A stretch of 64,000 nucleotides of DNA from the human T2T-CHM13v2.0 reference genome, Homo sapiens. This document shows positions 27,796-42,402 of the stretch, piece after piece. Where the stretch lies: assembly GCF_009914755.1 (NCBI RefSeq), contig NC_060925.1, one strand, 5' to 3'. Under the pieces are notes generated by a model. That model made no database searches. It was not told the DNA's origin and worked only from the letters and a program-made list of their open reading frames with translations. Positions within the stretch are counted from its first letter, which is position 1. The number at the start of each line of letters is the position of its first letter. The translations under genes were made by a program, and so were the position numbers.

Positions 27796-30057
27796 TATCT
27801 AAAATTTCACTGTTGAAATTTGTTCACAAGAACAAATTGACTGTTAAAATTATTCCCTAACCTTAACACAATTTTTTTTACTCCTGTCAGTAAAGTCAAG
27901 CTTAGCAGTTAACAGTTCCCTCCTCCATGATCTATCTTGGAGGCTCTGAGAAGTTCAAAAAGTTACTAAACTATAACAATAATCTCTCTGGCTTGACCAG
28001 TCCCTTTCTCATTGGATTTTAGGATGTCAGAGGATGGGAGAACCTCACAGACATTCTTTTATGGATGAGAACCCTGTGGCCAGCTGATCTGAGTAAACTG
28101 GCTTGCCTAACCACACAGTGCAGATCTGGTCTTCTGACCCCGGGGGCTTTCCTTCCATCACCAGGCTTTCTCCTACTCCCAATGAAGGAAAGTAAGACTG
28201 GGTGGTAAATCCATCAAATGAATGATTAATTAATCCATCCATAAGCACTCAAAAATGTTCTGCATGTACACAAAGTGCAGAAAAGTGCAAAACTGCACAA
28301 AAACTGCACACAAAGTATAGAAAATACTTTGCAGTTTGGGGAACTCATTGTTCTTAGGCAGAAATATCCTGATGGTTAGTCCTTGAAATAGACAGACAAG
28401 GAGACACGTAGAAGAGTTTGAATTCCCTTTGCATAACCAGTGATGAAATGTGGTTGATGAGAAGTCTGAAAATAACTGCGGAGATGTTTCAGCCCTTCCA
28501 CTGTACTTTTATAGTACTTGCTGCCAATTTTACCGACTCATTTTCATTGAGAACTTCACTTAATCTCACTTGTGTGTTTACCTGTTAATCTTTCCTGTTG
28601 GATTGGGTTTTTTGTCTGTTTTTTTCCTCTCTCAACCCTTTCCACAATTATCAGCACATAATAGGCACTTAATACCTTTTGAGTCAATGAATACTTTATA
28701 AAACTATGAGTGCAACCAAATATTTCACTGGTGTTCAAGAGATGAAATCTGTCACTGAAAACTCTTTCTAGGGGCCAGGCAGTGAGTGTTTCATGATGCT
28801 GAGATTGGTAAGAAAATACAAATCCATCATGACTGGAAAGGCACCACTCGACCGCAAGTTCTAGCAGTCTAACCAGTGATTAGCTATCTCTGCACCACCA
28901 GAAAATCTCACCAGGAGGAGAGATAGCTGAGAAGCAGAAACCAGATACAGAAGTTTGGAAACTAGCTAGCATTTTTTTAAAAGACTGGATTCTACGATGA
29001 TTCAGAATATACTTCATCATGCGATGAGGTTGTTGATAGTTTTCCTTGCATACAGAGGCTGAATAACTTTTTAAAACAAATTCCTCAAAATGTTTATTTC
29101 CCAGGAAAGAGATAGGTTAAGATACATGATAGCAAGTAAAATTGAGAATAATTCAGAGAAACTTATTTTATGCATATGAAATGGTAAAAAGAGCAATGAA
29201 ACCATTACCCAAAATTCAGGTAAAAGGCAAAGTATGAGAAAAGGCCAGAGGGAATTAGGAGTTAGTAGGAACACAGAGTTCTGGAGGAAAAGGAAAAAAG
29301 TGACTCAGCAGAACCTAAGAAACATCTGGCTGGGTATAGTTAGTCATGGAAAAATTGGCAGTCATGATTATGCATTTTGTGAAAATAGCAATATACTAGT
29401 CCAACAGTTCATTTAGACCAAAATTAAACAGTTGAAAGTCAGTATGATAAAATCTATTATCCTGGTCATTCAAAATACTTCTATCAACTGTCTAGAACAG
29501 CTTACAAGAAGCTTTGCTAAATGAGTTATCACATAGCACCAGTATTCTGAAAAATGTAACTTTAGAGAAAAACCTTCCAATTCAAGTCTTAGACTGGGAT
29601 TGGTATTTTCAGCAGACATCTATTTTTATAAACGTAAAGCTTATCAAACTACCTTTCAACTTTCATTTTGATGAACAGTAAATATTATTTTATTATCTAC
29701 ATACAATGGTGACAAAATAGATAAATAATAAATATGAATTGTGGGTATTATTTTAGTAACAAAAAGTCATTTAAAATGAAAACCCTTAACCTATGTTCTT
29801 ATTAATATAATATTTATGTGATTTAAAATTTTGTATATGGTATCATTTACTTAAGCATCTCTTAATTCCTCATTTCTGTAACTCTTTATACCTGACATAT
29901 GTACTAAATTTGATGAACAGAAATTCATTCATTCAACAAATGCTTGAATGTCCACCAGATACTGGGTTCTTTGCTAGACTCTGGATGTACAGAGTAAAAC
30001 AAAGAAGTCCCTTTCCTGTTAAACATATCATCATTCCTACTTATGTCCAGATTTTAT

Positions 30058-30357
<300 letters not shown>

Positions 30358-31089
30358 AGATTTTATGGTTTGAACGATTTTCTGTCAGCATTTGAATTGG
30401 ATATAAAACAATCTTAACAGTGTTGTTTATTTACAAATTTCATTCTGTCCTCCCCCCAAAAAGATTTAGGTGTGTCATGATCAGTTCATCAAATAGGTAT
30501 CTTTAACTCAGAAAATGACTTACAGGTTTAAAATATACATTCTCTATCAGTTTGAACGTATTGATGAACTCTCAAAGTTTTGAATATGGAAAAAATATAT
30601 GAAGCTCAACAAGAAAGACAGCTTTATAAAAAGGCAAGTCTAGCAGAAAAGATAACCAAGTAGGAGGAGATTCCTCACGTAAGGAAAAAAACAAGTAAAA
30701 TAATCAGCTTAAAAGCATGTGTGCAAGATATTTCATTGTTATTTTTATGTTTGTTTGTTGACATTTTATAGCCTAGTTAACAGATGCTCCAAATTTTGAG
30801 CCTGTAACCCTTCCAATCCCTTGCTGCCTTTGATGGTGATGCTCCATCCTATTATACCAACTCCACATTGAAGCAGAACTCTCAAGACAGAGGTAATTCC
30901 TTAGTAAGCAAAGTTATTTTTCACACTGGAAACATGTTTGTTTGACTGGTTGTAATTGTCATCCTAAACCATCATTACCCTTTATGTTACAACATTTTAG
31001 CATCTCACAGTTCTAAATCAACTACTTCTATTCTCACAGTTCTAAATCAAATACTTCTATTCCTTGCCATAAGGGGAATAACAGGTTGC

Positions 31090-31432
31090 TTTAGCGTCAT
31101 TGTTTGTGCCCCCTCACACCCACCCAGCAAATCCGTATGTTGAAATCCTCACCTCCAATGTGATGGTGTTAGGAGGCGGAGCCATAAGTAGATGATCTGG
31201 TCGAGGATGGAGCCTTTGTGAATGGGGTTAGTGCCCTTATAAAAGAGCTTCATCTTCCTTTCTGCCATGTGAGGACATAGCAAGAAGACGGTTCAGGAAG
31301 CTGAACCAAACCTGCTGGAAACTTGATCTTGGACTTCCCAGCCTCCAGAACTGTGAGAAATAAATTTATGTTTGTTTAAGCCAGTTGGACTATGGTATTT
31401 TTTGTTATGGCAGCCTGAATGGACTAAGATAC
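31090..31432 (+). mobile_element. MLT1A-type MaLR LTR
   Basis: tatgttgaaatcctcacctccaatgtgatgg ... ttggacttcccagcctccagaactgtgagaaataaa ... gactaagataca. Confidence 0.8.
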
Positions 31433-31950
31433 AGGACATATACTATGGAGACAGCTATTAAAATGACCAATTTAGAGCGATTGATCTTAGACCTGCACCT
31501 TATTTTAAGAATAGTGTTTACTTTTCATCTCCAATCACAATGGATTTGTTAACCAAGATCCTGCCTTATATGGGTTAATCAATACTTATTAAGGGATTAC
31601 TATGCACAGGACAGTATACCAGGAACTGTGAGTCCCTTTGGTAAAATATCTCGTAACTAGTCAGGAAGACGAGACAAATACTTAAGCTTCCACAGGGGAA
31701 AGTGGTACGAATGATGTGGGATATAGTGTCACATCTCTTGCTAGTAGATTGAAAGCCCTGTGCTGGAAGAGACTGCTCTATCTTTACAGGTAGCTACAGT
31801 GCTAGCAACAGTGCCTGGCACACAGTAGGTCCTCCGTATTCAGAAAGCTTTGCTTAAAGATACAGAAGATGTTCAGGACCTCTACAGAGAGAGTTTGGTT
31901 CTCACTGGGGTGATGAGAGAAGGTTCCCTAGAGGAAAGTATTATTTAAGC

Positions 31951-32302
31951 TGTGGCTTAGTCCATTTAGTCTGCTCTAACAAAATACCTTAGACTGGGTA
32001 ATTTATAAGTAACAGAAATAACAGTTCTGGCAGCTGGGAAGTCCAAGATGAAGGCACTGGAAGATTCGGTGTCTGGCAAGGGCTCACTCTTTGATTCGTA
32101 GCCGGAAACTTGTTGTTGTATCTCCATGGCAGAAGGGACAAGGCAGCTCCATTTAACTTCCTTTATAAGGGCACAAATCCCATGCATGAGAGCAGGGCCT
32201 CATGCATCACTGCCTAAAAGGCCCCACCTCTTAATACGATCACATTGGGCATTAGGTTCCAATGTATGAATTTTAGGAGGAAACCAACATCAGACCATAA
32301 CA
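31951..32302 (-). mobile_element. MLT1A-type MaLR LTR (opposite orientation)
   Basis: tgtggcttagtccattt ... ctgggaagtccaagat ... catcagaccataaca. Confidence 0.8.
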
Positions 32303-32395
32303 AGCTGGACCACAGAGGAACAGCAGAGAGGAGGAGGAGAGTTTTAGTAAGAAAGAGGAGGTCATGGCCTCTAAGAGTGAGCAGAAAACCAGTTA

Positions 32396-32790
32396 CAGGC
32401 AGACTCTGGAGATAATGAAGATTCAATTCCAGACCATGGCAATAAACCAAGTATCACAAGAAAGCAAGTCACACAAACTTTTTGGTTTCCTAGCACATAT
32501 AAAAGTTACGTTTATACTACATCATAGTCTATAAAGTATATAATAGCATTATGTCTAAAAAAGTACAGACCTTAATTTAACAATACTTTATTGCTAAAAA
32601 AAATACTAAGAATCATCTGAGCCGTCAGAGAGTTGTACTTTTTTTGGTGGTGAAGGGTCTTGTCTTGATGTCGCTGGCTGCTGACTGATCAGGGTGGTGA
32701 TTACTGAAAATCGGGGTGGCCGTGGCAATTTCTTAAAATAAGATAACATGAAGTTTGCCACATTGATTTTTCCTTTCACAAAAGTTTTCA
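32396..32790 (+). mobile_element. Tigger1 5' fragment
   Basis: taCAGGCAGACTCTGGAGATAAT...ttccagacca...gcaataaa...aagcaagtcacacaaactttttggtttcc. Confidence 0.75.
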
Positions 32791-34374
32791 TCACCCTATA
32801 TTGAGGTTACACACGATGTCTGTGTCTTCTGCTCTACCCTAGCATCATGCAGGCAGGAATGTGTCTGTCTTGGTTCTCCACCAAAGGCCAGTACTTCTAA
32901 TACTTAGATGCTATAATCAAGCACTTGCCAAAAAAAAAAAACAAAAAAGTCTGATAACGAAGACATAGCCCTGACATGGTTCTGACAGTTTATGTCTTGG
33001 TTATGGTTATGACAAAACCTTTCCGAGGATTCAGGAAATCTGCAAAATGGCTTTGTTCTGTCTTTTATTTCTTAGCTGATGTCATGATGTCAGTGGAAAA
33101 GCAAATGATCATTTGGGAATATCCAGTGATCTCAATACCAGTCTATTACTTGCTGCCAGTGAAAATGGCCAAAAAATATTGTTCTAGCATCCTATAGGTA
33201 TTAACTGAATGCTCACAACAACCTTCTGAGAGGTAGGTGGAACTATACATTTTACAGACAGGCTAACTGAAGCCCAGAGAGGTTAAATAATTTGCCCAAA
33301 GTGGCACAGCTGGGAAATGGCTAAGCTGGGATTTGAACACAAATAGTGGAGCTGCAAGGTGCACATCCACAACCTATGTTGCTATGTGGCCTCTCCTCAA
33401 TCATGACACTAACACATGCACATTTCCTATGAAAGCTCAGTGAAAACCACTGCACTGATTCAAGTCCCTTTTTCCTTTTTCCCCTGTCTTCCCTACCTGG
33501 TGAAGTTGACCCTCTGTGATGCGCCTGGCTTCAAAACATGGGGACTTTCTGAAAGAAAACTAAGCCAAAACCTGGCCCAAGTCAAGAACAAAGGGATCTT
33601 TCTTTTGCTTTGTTTCCAACTCATTTCATCCACATCTAGATTGCTTTCCTCTCCAAAACAGGAAAAAGGAAGCTATCTCTGAAAATGGCTTATTTACCCT
33701 GACAACATGAGATAAATGCTCCTCAGCATCTTATTATTTATTAAGAAATATGGGTCATGATTACAACTCATAAATATTAGGAAAGCCCTTTCTGACCTAC
33801 TTCTTGCTTATGGCATCATTGAGCTGATGAGTTAGATTAGTCCATAATCACTTTCACTTATCTATCAGCCATTCCACAGCCCTTTTCTCACCTATGAATT
33901 AATGTCCTATTTATCATCGTGATACAAACATCCAGGCTCAAGTTGGAACTTGTCGTGCAGTCACTTCTATTTCCCTGGAATATTTGTGCAGTGATTGCTC
34001 CCTACTTGAGAGCCCCGTAGGGAGCCTCTGCAGATGAGCTCCCTCCTATGGGATGTAGGGTGGTCTCCACTACGACCTGACCCCTCCGTGGTCAGTCACT
34101 TCCCCAAATGTAATCTATGTTGCCTGGTACCAGCTTCAGAGCCTGCCTCTAGTACCAGGTTATGTGATACCAGTGCCTGGGTGTCACCTAGAAAAATGTC
34201 GGCATCTGCAGAACCCACGACTGAGGCTCATCCCAGGAAAAATCACCTTGTGCCCTTTTCCTCCCTCCCATCAGAAACATTTTTGTCGTTTGGCAATCAG
34301 GTTACAATAATCATTACAAGCAGTCATTAAGGAAAAAAACTCATAGGCGCGATGGTAGTTGATTGAGACGGGGC

Positions 34375-34402
34375 GTGTGTGTGTGTGTGTGTGTGTGTGT
34401 GT
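34375..34402. repeat. (GT)14 microsatellite
   Basis: Read directly from the sequence. Confidence 0.95.
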
Positions 34403-37400
34403 TAGGGAGCTGTTGGGGAAGGTGGAGATTTTATTTTTATAATGAAGAGGGTTTGGAATTGATTGTAAAGGCATGAACCACAAACACCCACCAGCTGTCT
34501 CCGAATATCCCACGAATGGGAAAGGAGAGCTTTGGACCCTTACGTGAGAAAGTCATTTTGCCTCTGTTTTTACAGGGCAGAAAGGTCATGCTGTAACTGG
34601 AGATATTACCCCAATGATACCAAGCAATACCAATAGATTCTCAGTCCCAGCTGCTTTTTAGCTGAGTGGGGTAGGGATGGTTTCTCACAGTCTCATACAG
34701 CGATGAGTTACAATAATAGGTGTGCCAGAGCTGCTATCTCTGTGGTTCTGTTTCACAGAGAAGTTCCACGCACTCTAAATTACCAAAGAGAACTTCTTCC
34801 TTCGTTGCAGTTTCAGCTCCAGCTGCTGCACTCTTTCTTGATTGTATCTGATGTCTGGCCCTGCTTTGGTCTCTGCCTTTTGTACGCTGTATCCAATGTG
34901 GGCCTCCTGAAAATCTGATCCCTGGATATCTGATTCAGGCCTTTTCTGTTGCTAGAGAAGTGTGCATGCTGGCTCTTGGCTTTCTTATGTGCTTGTGACC
35001 TGTTGGGCAAGGCACTAAATAAATATTCTCCAGTCAGCATTTCAAAGAGAAGATTAGGAACACGTTAAGCCTTTAGTTTAAATGGTTCAGTTAATCCAGG
35101 AGTAAAGCACACTGAGGTTTGAGGCCATGTGAAATAGCTGACGTCTTAAAATGAAATGTAAGCATGGAAAAGTGGCACACACTCCTTCCATGAAGGGAAG
35201 GAAATGTGAACGCACGCTGCCCATATGTGTCTAGCCATTTGATTTCCCTGGGGTTTAGCTGTACTATCTGTAAAAACGGGGCAATGGGCCTGTGGTCTGG
35301 ATCTCATATTTTATGATTTGCTACTTAAAGACTTGGATATTTGGGCCAGAGCTTATTATCATAGCTGATCTGTGCCAGTTATATTGAATAATTACTATTT
35401 CCAATTTTATTTTAAAGTTTTAATTGACATTTATCTGCTTCTAATAATTGTAGTTCATAGTTTCTGGGAACCTACTTTCCAAACTGACGTTGTTCAAAGC
35501 ATCCAATATTTCTAGATATAAACTGGTTATGAGAGTTTAACACCAAAACCAGACTGACTGTTTCTTTTCACAGGAATTAACTCAGATATTAGAGGTCATT
35601 TGCTTGCGGGTCTGTTTGCTTTAGTTCGGCATTGACGTCACATGCAGTAATTATGGTTACTGCGGTCTTAGCACTGTCCATCATTACCAAGACTCGGCCA
35701 TGCAGTCGGTGCCCAGTGAATGCTCAGCTCTCAGGGCTGGATAATCTCACCAGGCACATTGGTAGGGCAATCACACACCCAGGACAGGGTAGGTGCCCAA
35801 AGGAGACGGCTGGGTGAAAATGGGTTGCAGGACAGGCTCTGCACCTGCTATCAGTGTTCATCACTTTCCGTACTCAGCAGGGATGTGCTGTTCTGGGAAG
35901 GGCTTTGGGGAAGAGAGAACTAAATAGGGACAGGTGAGAGAGTAAGACACAAAGTAATTTTCTGGGATTCTTCTATCAAGTATAATATCCTCCCAGACAA
36001 ACTCACTGAATTTTCCCTTCAACTAACAGCCTCTGGCCTCTCAATTCTTCAAAGCCTTCTTGATGATAATGGACAAGTATTGGTGGTTTCCCCCAGCACC
36101 CACTTTCTAATCCTCCCACCTTCACTAAGCACCTGCCTCAATGAGTAGATTTCCCTTTGCCTGAACACTTCACAAAGAAACCATTGTCTTACCAGCATTG
36201 ATGAGTATTCTGCCTAGGGTAGTATTGTTTAGTCACTGATAACATCCTGAATATTTTGAGTGCTTGCCATGCACTAGGCTTCTCTAATTTACTGCTCATG
36301 AAAACCCCGGGAAGCAGGCGCCATGACCTTCCCCATTTTACCCTTGAGAAAGCTGGGGCTAAAAGTGGCTAACGTAACTTGCTCAAGATCACACACTGGG
36401 GTGTGGTAGAGCTGGGGCCCAAAGCACGTTGTTTCGCTCCAGAGTGCATGCACTTGACCATGACCCAGCCGGTGAGCACCCTACCCAGCACTCACTCTGC
36501 ATCAGCACAGAGTGAGATTCTGCAACGGCATCAGAAGAACAAGCTGTTCCTCCTGCCCTAGAGGGGGCCTAGGGAGGGGAAGGCAGAAATATGCGCTACA
36601 AGAGGACACAGTGCCAGGTCCATGATACAGACAGAACAAGAGTGCTGCAGGGGCCTGAGAAAAGAGTCGTCAATTTTGGGTGCGGAATTATTTTATCTTT
36701 CAATTCACCTGGCTAACATGAATTATTATACATTAAAACAATGATTCGGACTGAAAATTGGGGAAACAGTGCCTTTTACACCCACACAAAATGGATGTAT
36801 GGCTTCAAATAAAATTTTAGAGCCCATTTCTCATTTGCATTCCCCAAATAATTGGATGCCTCTCTGTTCACTTTTGTTTTTTCTCTTACTGTCAATTTTC
36901 TTCAAGGGTGAATTTAGCTTCCTTTAGCAGTTTACTTCATTCCTTCCCAAGGTGTTAATGTTGATGTAAAATCTTTTGACTAACTCTGAGGAGGAAGAAC
37001 AGTCCCTTAAGTTGATCTGCCCCTCCCACACCTGTTAAACTGCTCTAGCTTAATGAAACCAAAGAATCAGACAAACCCCACATCCACCCAGCCCTCTAGT
37101 TCACCCCCTGAACAGTTGTTTGATTGATGGATAATGTTTTGACTTGGCTGCTCAAGCCAATGACAATAATGACAGTGTTTGATCTTGTAGACAGAGCCTA
37201 AAACTTTGCTGATGTCCTTAGGTGTTGAAAGGAATAAAAATTTCAGATTAGTATAATGATCAAAATGCTACTGAGGATCATATCCAGGTAGAATTTGCTT
37301 TTTTCTGTGTAAATTCACTCAGAGTGAGGCAGCAGGAAACCCTAGGATGCGGTGGGTGAGGAGGCTGGAACGAACAAGACCTGAGTGGGTGGAAGGGTGG

Positions 37401-39339
37401 CTTCCCAACAGCCCCGCTGAGCCCCAGGCTGCAAGCCCCTGTGGGGGTGGAGGGTGGGAATGTCCCAGCAGGACGCCAGCAGACTTTGTCCTTTCTTGAA
37501 AACACAAACAGATTGAGAGGTCTGCACAAATTGCTACATGATACCCAACATCCTGTGGCTGAGTAAACGGAGACACTTGGCTACCTAAGTCCTTGCTTAT
37601 GTTTAAAAATTTAGTATTCCAGGAAGCAGAGATTTTACACCAAGGATGTCCAGGTTTGGACATGATTTTTTTCCTCTTATGAAACAGAAACATGTCTGCA
37701 CTCTTAAGATACAACAATATCATCCCAGGAATGCAATTATGAGTGTATTGCCAGAAAGAAATGAATATCTTGAAAAACAAATAGAGTCTTCTTTTTTCTT
37801 ATCAACCAGATAAACCCGTTTTTAAAGAAAAGTTTGCTATGCAAGAAATTTATTCAGATGTATTTTTTCCTAATTATTAATCAACCAGAAAGTAAGTTAT
37901 GCCACTGAATTAGTTTACTTACCTAGTCACTTTTTGCAAAGCATTAATCTAAGGGGAGAAAAATCAGACTTAGAAGTAAATAAAATATTTTTTCCACTCC
38001 CTGTCCCCTTCCAGATGGGGAGGGATGGATGGGCTGTGAGGCCCCCCAGCCAAGAAGCTGGAAGAACTTTCTCGAATCCTGCAGAGCTGCTCAGGGGCCT
38101 GCCTTGTATCTGCCTGGCTGTTCCAGGGAGGTTGGAAGACAAACTGAAGGCTTTCCATTGCTGAACATCAGACCTCAGAAGTACTGACTGGAGGGCTCCC
38201 AAGCTGGCTCAGATCAGCCTCATATTGCCCCGAACAGTATCATCACCGCTTTGCCCTGGTGGGGAAACTACTCTTTACCCTCTGTATGAACCTATGAAGC
38301 ACGCAGGTCACTGGGGCAATTTCTGAGTTTGAAGTTGCTTGGATTTGCCATTGCTGCTATGTTGAGGGGAAGGGAGTGCTTTTGAAGAAAATGTTCATCT
38401 CTAGTTCCAGTAACAGGCATGGAATTGACACATAACAGGTGTTTGTTGAATTGAGCTGAATAAATTAGAATCTGGGGCAAAATATAGTTGTTCTTTATAG
38501 TCCTAAGTCTATTAATAAAGCAGATATATCCTTATTACATGTTTTACTGCCATAAATGTGTCTACCAGAACTAGGAATAATGACAGACGGAAGGGTTGAG
38601 GATTCTTTCTGACGATAACCTGCCAGGACACCCGCTTCCTCCCTCCCTGTCCAGATGGGGTGGACTACAGTGCTCTGGCTCACACCAGGGGTGGAGGTAT
38701 TCCCATTATTTGTCTGTTTTGTTGTCTGTAGTGCTTAGTCAGAATGCTGCCTGATACATTGCAGGGGTTCAATGACTTTCTGTGGAATGAATGAACAGAC
38801 AGATGGTTACTTACCCCAGGGACATAAGAGCCTCACATAGCTGCAGCGTGAGCAGTGCCCTCTGCAGTCCTGGACCCAGATGCATAGAGGCCGAGATGTT
38901 CAGCCTTCCACCCCATGGCCATCCCGGAGCCTGGGGCTGACTCTGTCTGGTTTGGCTGCTTCTCTTCAGACAGTTGTCAAGCTCTGTCTTTTCTCAAACA
39001 GCTTTATTAAAATGAGTTATAACTACAAGAAGTTAGTTCTATAGTTATCTTCTATTTTGCAAATTGAACATGCATTCATTATTCTTTGACACTTCCTTGG
39101 AATTTACATTTCCTGGATTTTTAGCCCATCTTTAGGGTCCTCTTTCTCACTTTCCTAAAAATGCTTTCATATATTTGATAATGTGTTGGGGAGAACATCA
39201 TTTTCGCCAGGGATGAGCAGAGAAAGTCCTTGCATATTACCTACTCGTCCTTGATCAGTGGCCTCTGGCAATACCTCCAATCCTTCTTTCCCCGCCCTGC
39301 CCCACCTCTTGCCATATTTGCAACCGATTCTCCACTACA

Positions 39340-39830
39340 TTGTTGATTTCAGCATAGTGCCAGTTATTCACCTGTATGCCCTTAGATTCGTAAATGGCCT
39401 TTCTCTGTCCAGCCCTATATGTCAGGGAAGTCCACCTCCCAGGCTCCTTTTCCCTCCAGCCTCAGGTAAGTTCAGTCATTGGGAGGAACAGTCAGAAGCC
39501 TGGAGGGCAAGAGAAAGGGAAAAGCCAGGGCATTTCTCCCCACCCTCAGACTCTGTGCTGGTCAGCGTGTCCATTGCTGGCTGTGCCTCCATCTTGGACC
39601 CAGCTGGGCAGCCCTACACCTGGGATCTGGTAGCACCACTTCTTCCTGTTGCCCCCTGTCCCTGGGGATGGTAGCAGATGTCAGCTCTTGTTCTTCTTGA
39701 GACTGCCTCCTGTGCCCTTTCTGGTTTCTCAGCTCTTCCATGACGTTTGTAACCAATTCCCTGTAACAAATCCACTCTGTGTGAGAAACCTGGAGTGGCT
39801 TCTGATATCTGATAAGACTCTAATGGCACA
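39340..39830. mobile_element. LTR33/LTR16-like ERVL solo LTR
   Basis: cattgggaggaac...gagaaagggaaaagccagggcattt ... aatccactctgtgtgagaaacctggagtggcttctg. Confidence 0.5.
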
Positions 39831-40920
39831 GCCCAAAAATACCACTGCTGACTTCATGTGAGCCCCTCACTTTCCTTCTGACTGGAATGGGTGCCCTCAC
39901 CAGATACCCTGATAATCAGTTATCTGTGGAAAATCTCTGAAATCTTCGAATGGCTAAGTTAAAAGTAAGTATATATTTCATTAATTGGCATTCATCCAAA
40001 TATTCACTGCATGCTGAAAAATATTTTTAATTTCTATTTCTTTTGGAGCAACCATTTGAAAGATTGCTGGTTGAAAAGAAAGAGCACTAATTTGGCAATG
40101 GTTTTGCTTGCCTTCCAAGCCTGGAGACAGCTGGGGTACCTGACTTGTCACTCACTCAACGTCAGGCCGCCTTCCACCTCTGCTAAAGCCATTTGTCCAG
40201 TGTGCTTTGGACACCAGTGAGAACCCAAAGCTAGATCCAGTGTAGCTGTCCCAAGGAACCTGGCAGATGACTCAGGGCTGCAGGTCTGGGTTGGTGAGGT
40301 TCAGTGGGAAGGGAGTTGTCATCAGAGCCAGACGTGCCTACTTTGGAGTCCCAGCTTTGGATCTCCCAAGCTGTGTAAGGTTGGGAAAGTTTCTTAAATT
40401 ATTTAAGTCTTTTTTTTTAATATCATTTTTCAAATGAGGAGAAGAAAGCCTGTTTTGAAGGATTGTGAGGATTGCAGATGATGGGTGCTGGCACCTCAAA
40501 GGGAGCTCTGAAGATTACAACAGCAATTATTAGTAATAGATGCCTGTCTAAGATGATCCTGTATGTATGAAGTTGGTGGTCGCTTCTTAGTTGTAGCAAG
40601 TGTGGCTTTGACTGGCACTTCTTAGCTCTCTGCTAAGTCATGAAGAAACCCAAGAAAACAGAGTTATGTTTGCTTTGTAAAACAAAGTATTACCAGTACA
40701 TTCTGCTCAACTATGTACTGGTAGCATTTATAAACAATTTATTCTAACTTTTTTTTCAAAATACTGTTGCAAAAAAGTCTTGTTTCTTCTTTCCTCTCTT
40801 TGCACAGCCATTAAATTTCAGCAATTCTAAATCAGAATAGCATCTAATAGACTGCATATGAAATGTGTTTACTATCTTCAAATATTTTCTGGCCTATTCA
40901 TTAAGTACTCAATATTTATT

Positions 40921-41227
40921 TATTTATTTATTTAATTTATTTTTTAAGACAGGGTTTCCCTCTTGTTGCCCAGGCTATAGTACAATGGTATGATCTCAGC
41001 TCACTGCAACCTCTGCCTCCTGGCTTCAAGTGATTCTCATGCCTCTGTCTCCCGAGTAGCTGGGATTACAGGCACGTACCACCAAGCCCCGCTGATTTTT
41101 CTATTTTTAGTAGAGACAGGGTTTCACCATGTTGGCCAGGCTGGTCTTGAACTCCTGACCTCATGATCCGCCCCCCTTGGCCTCCCAAAGTGCTGAGAAT
41201 TACAAGCGTGAGCCACCGCGCCGGGCC
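40921..41227 (-). mobile_element. AluS element
   Basis: (TTTA)n tail, TSD tcaatatttatt. Confidence 0.93.
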
Positions 41228-42402
41228 TCAATATTTATTTATAACATCATGTTACTCTGTTCAGTAACTAAAATAAATTGGCAAATATGGATCTGTATTT
41301 TATTTTTTTAGCAGAAGAATTCTGTCCTATATTGCTCTTTTCTTTTGGGTATTGGTCAAATTTAAATAACATATACGAAAGTGTTTTTTATGCTATCTGT
41401 TACTGGAAATAAAAGCTCTTTAATTAGTTAACTGAGATAGGTGAGATAGGATACTAATATACAAAGTTTTAATAGTCCCAAGATTGGCCCAATAGCTATA
41501 TGGGCAATGATACTGTGTATTTAAATTAATTTTAATTTTAAAAATAATAAATATATTGTTACTATATGATCTTCAGTAAATAAAGAATATATAGAAAAAG
41601 TGAACCTCTCCCCTTCATCCTCCCCAAGTTCTACTCTTCTCTCCAAAAGACTGTTAAGAATTTGACATCTATCCTTCAAGATCTTTTTCTATGTACATAC
41701 AGACACACATATGAGGCCTCTGCAGATATTCTATTTTTGTTTATTCCATAAATGGGATTATACAGAATGTATTCTGCAAGTGGCTTTTTGTTCTTTTTTA
41801 CAATGTTTTGGAGGGCTCTGTACGTTGATTGGTATTCTTATTTTTATTTTTATTTTTCAAAGAAAGCCTCGAGGCCCCCTGCTGTAGGTTCAGAGTGGCT
41901 CCTCCCAGGCAGTTAGACTCCCTGTCTATTGAACTTGGGGCGGATGTGCCAGGCAACTCCCAAGGTTCAGAGGCACCTTAGGCTTTACCGTCAATGGGCT
42001 TTATATTAGGGTGTAGACACCAGGGCTTTCTACCTGGCTTTACATTAGGCTGGTTGCCTTAGAGACAAAGACCTGCCTTATAGGAAGACCCAGTGAGCAG
42101 TAAGGCCACAGCCAGCATCTGTAACTCTAAGACTTGGTTCCTGAGAGCTGGCTCGCTCCTTTACCATCGACACAGTATATAAGGTCAGCTCATGACCCAT
42201 ACCCGAAGCCAGCTGCCATCTGTTTCCAGATATGCTCAGAGGTAACCCAGATCTAAGGCCTTTTAAAGAACACAATAACTTTGTTTCTACTAAAAAGTTG
42301 GCTTCCTTAATTGGTTCTTTTCTGGGTTTATTAATCTTGCCTGTTTATTAAACACATGTTGCTTAGCCTTTGTAAGCAGGATTAAAAAATGAAGAGATTC
42401 AA

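Noticed and set aside
41865-42270. GC-richer segment after a T-rich run, possible processed pseudogene
   Set aside because: No TSD, poly(A) signal or recognisable reading frame found by eye.
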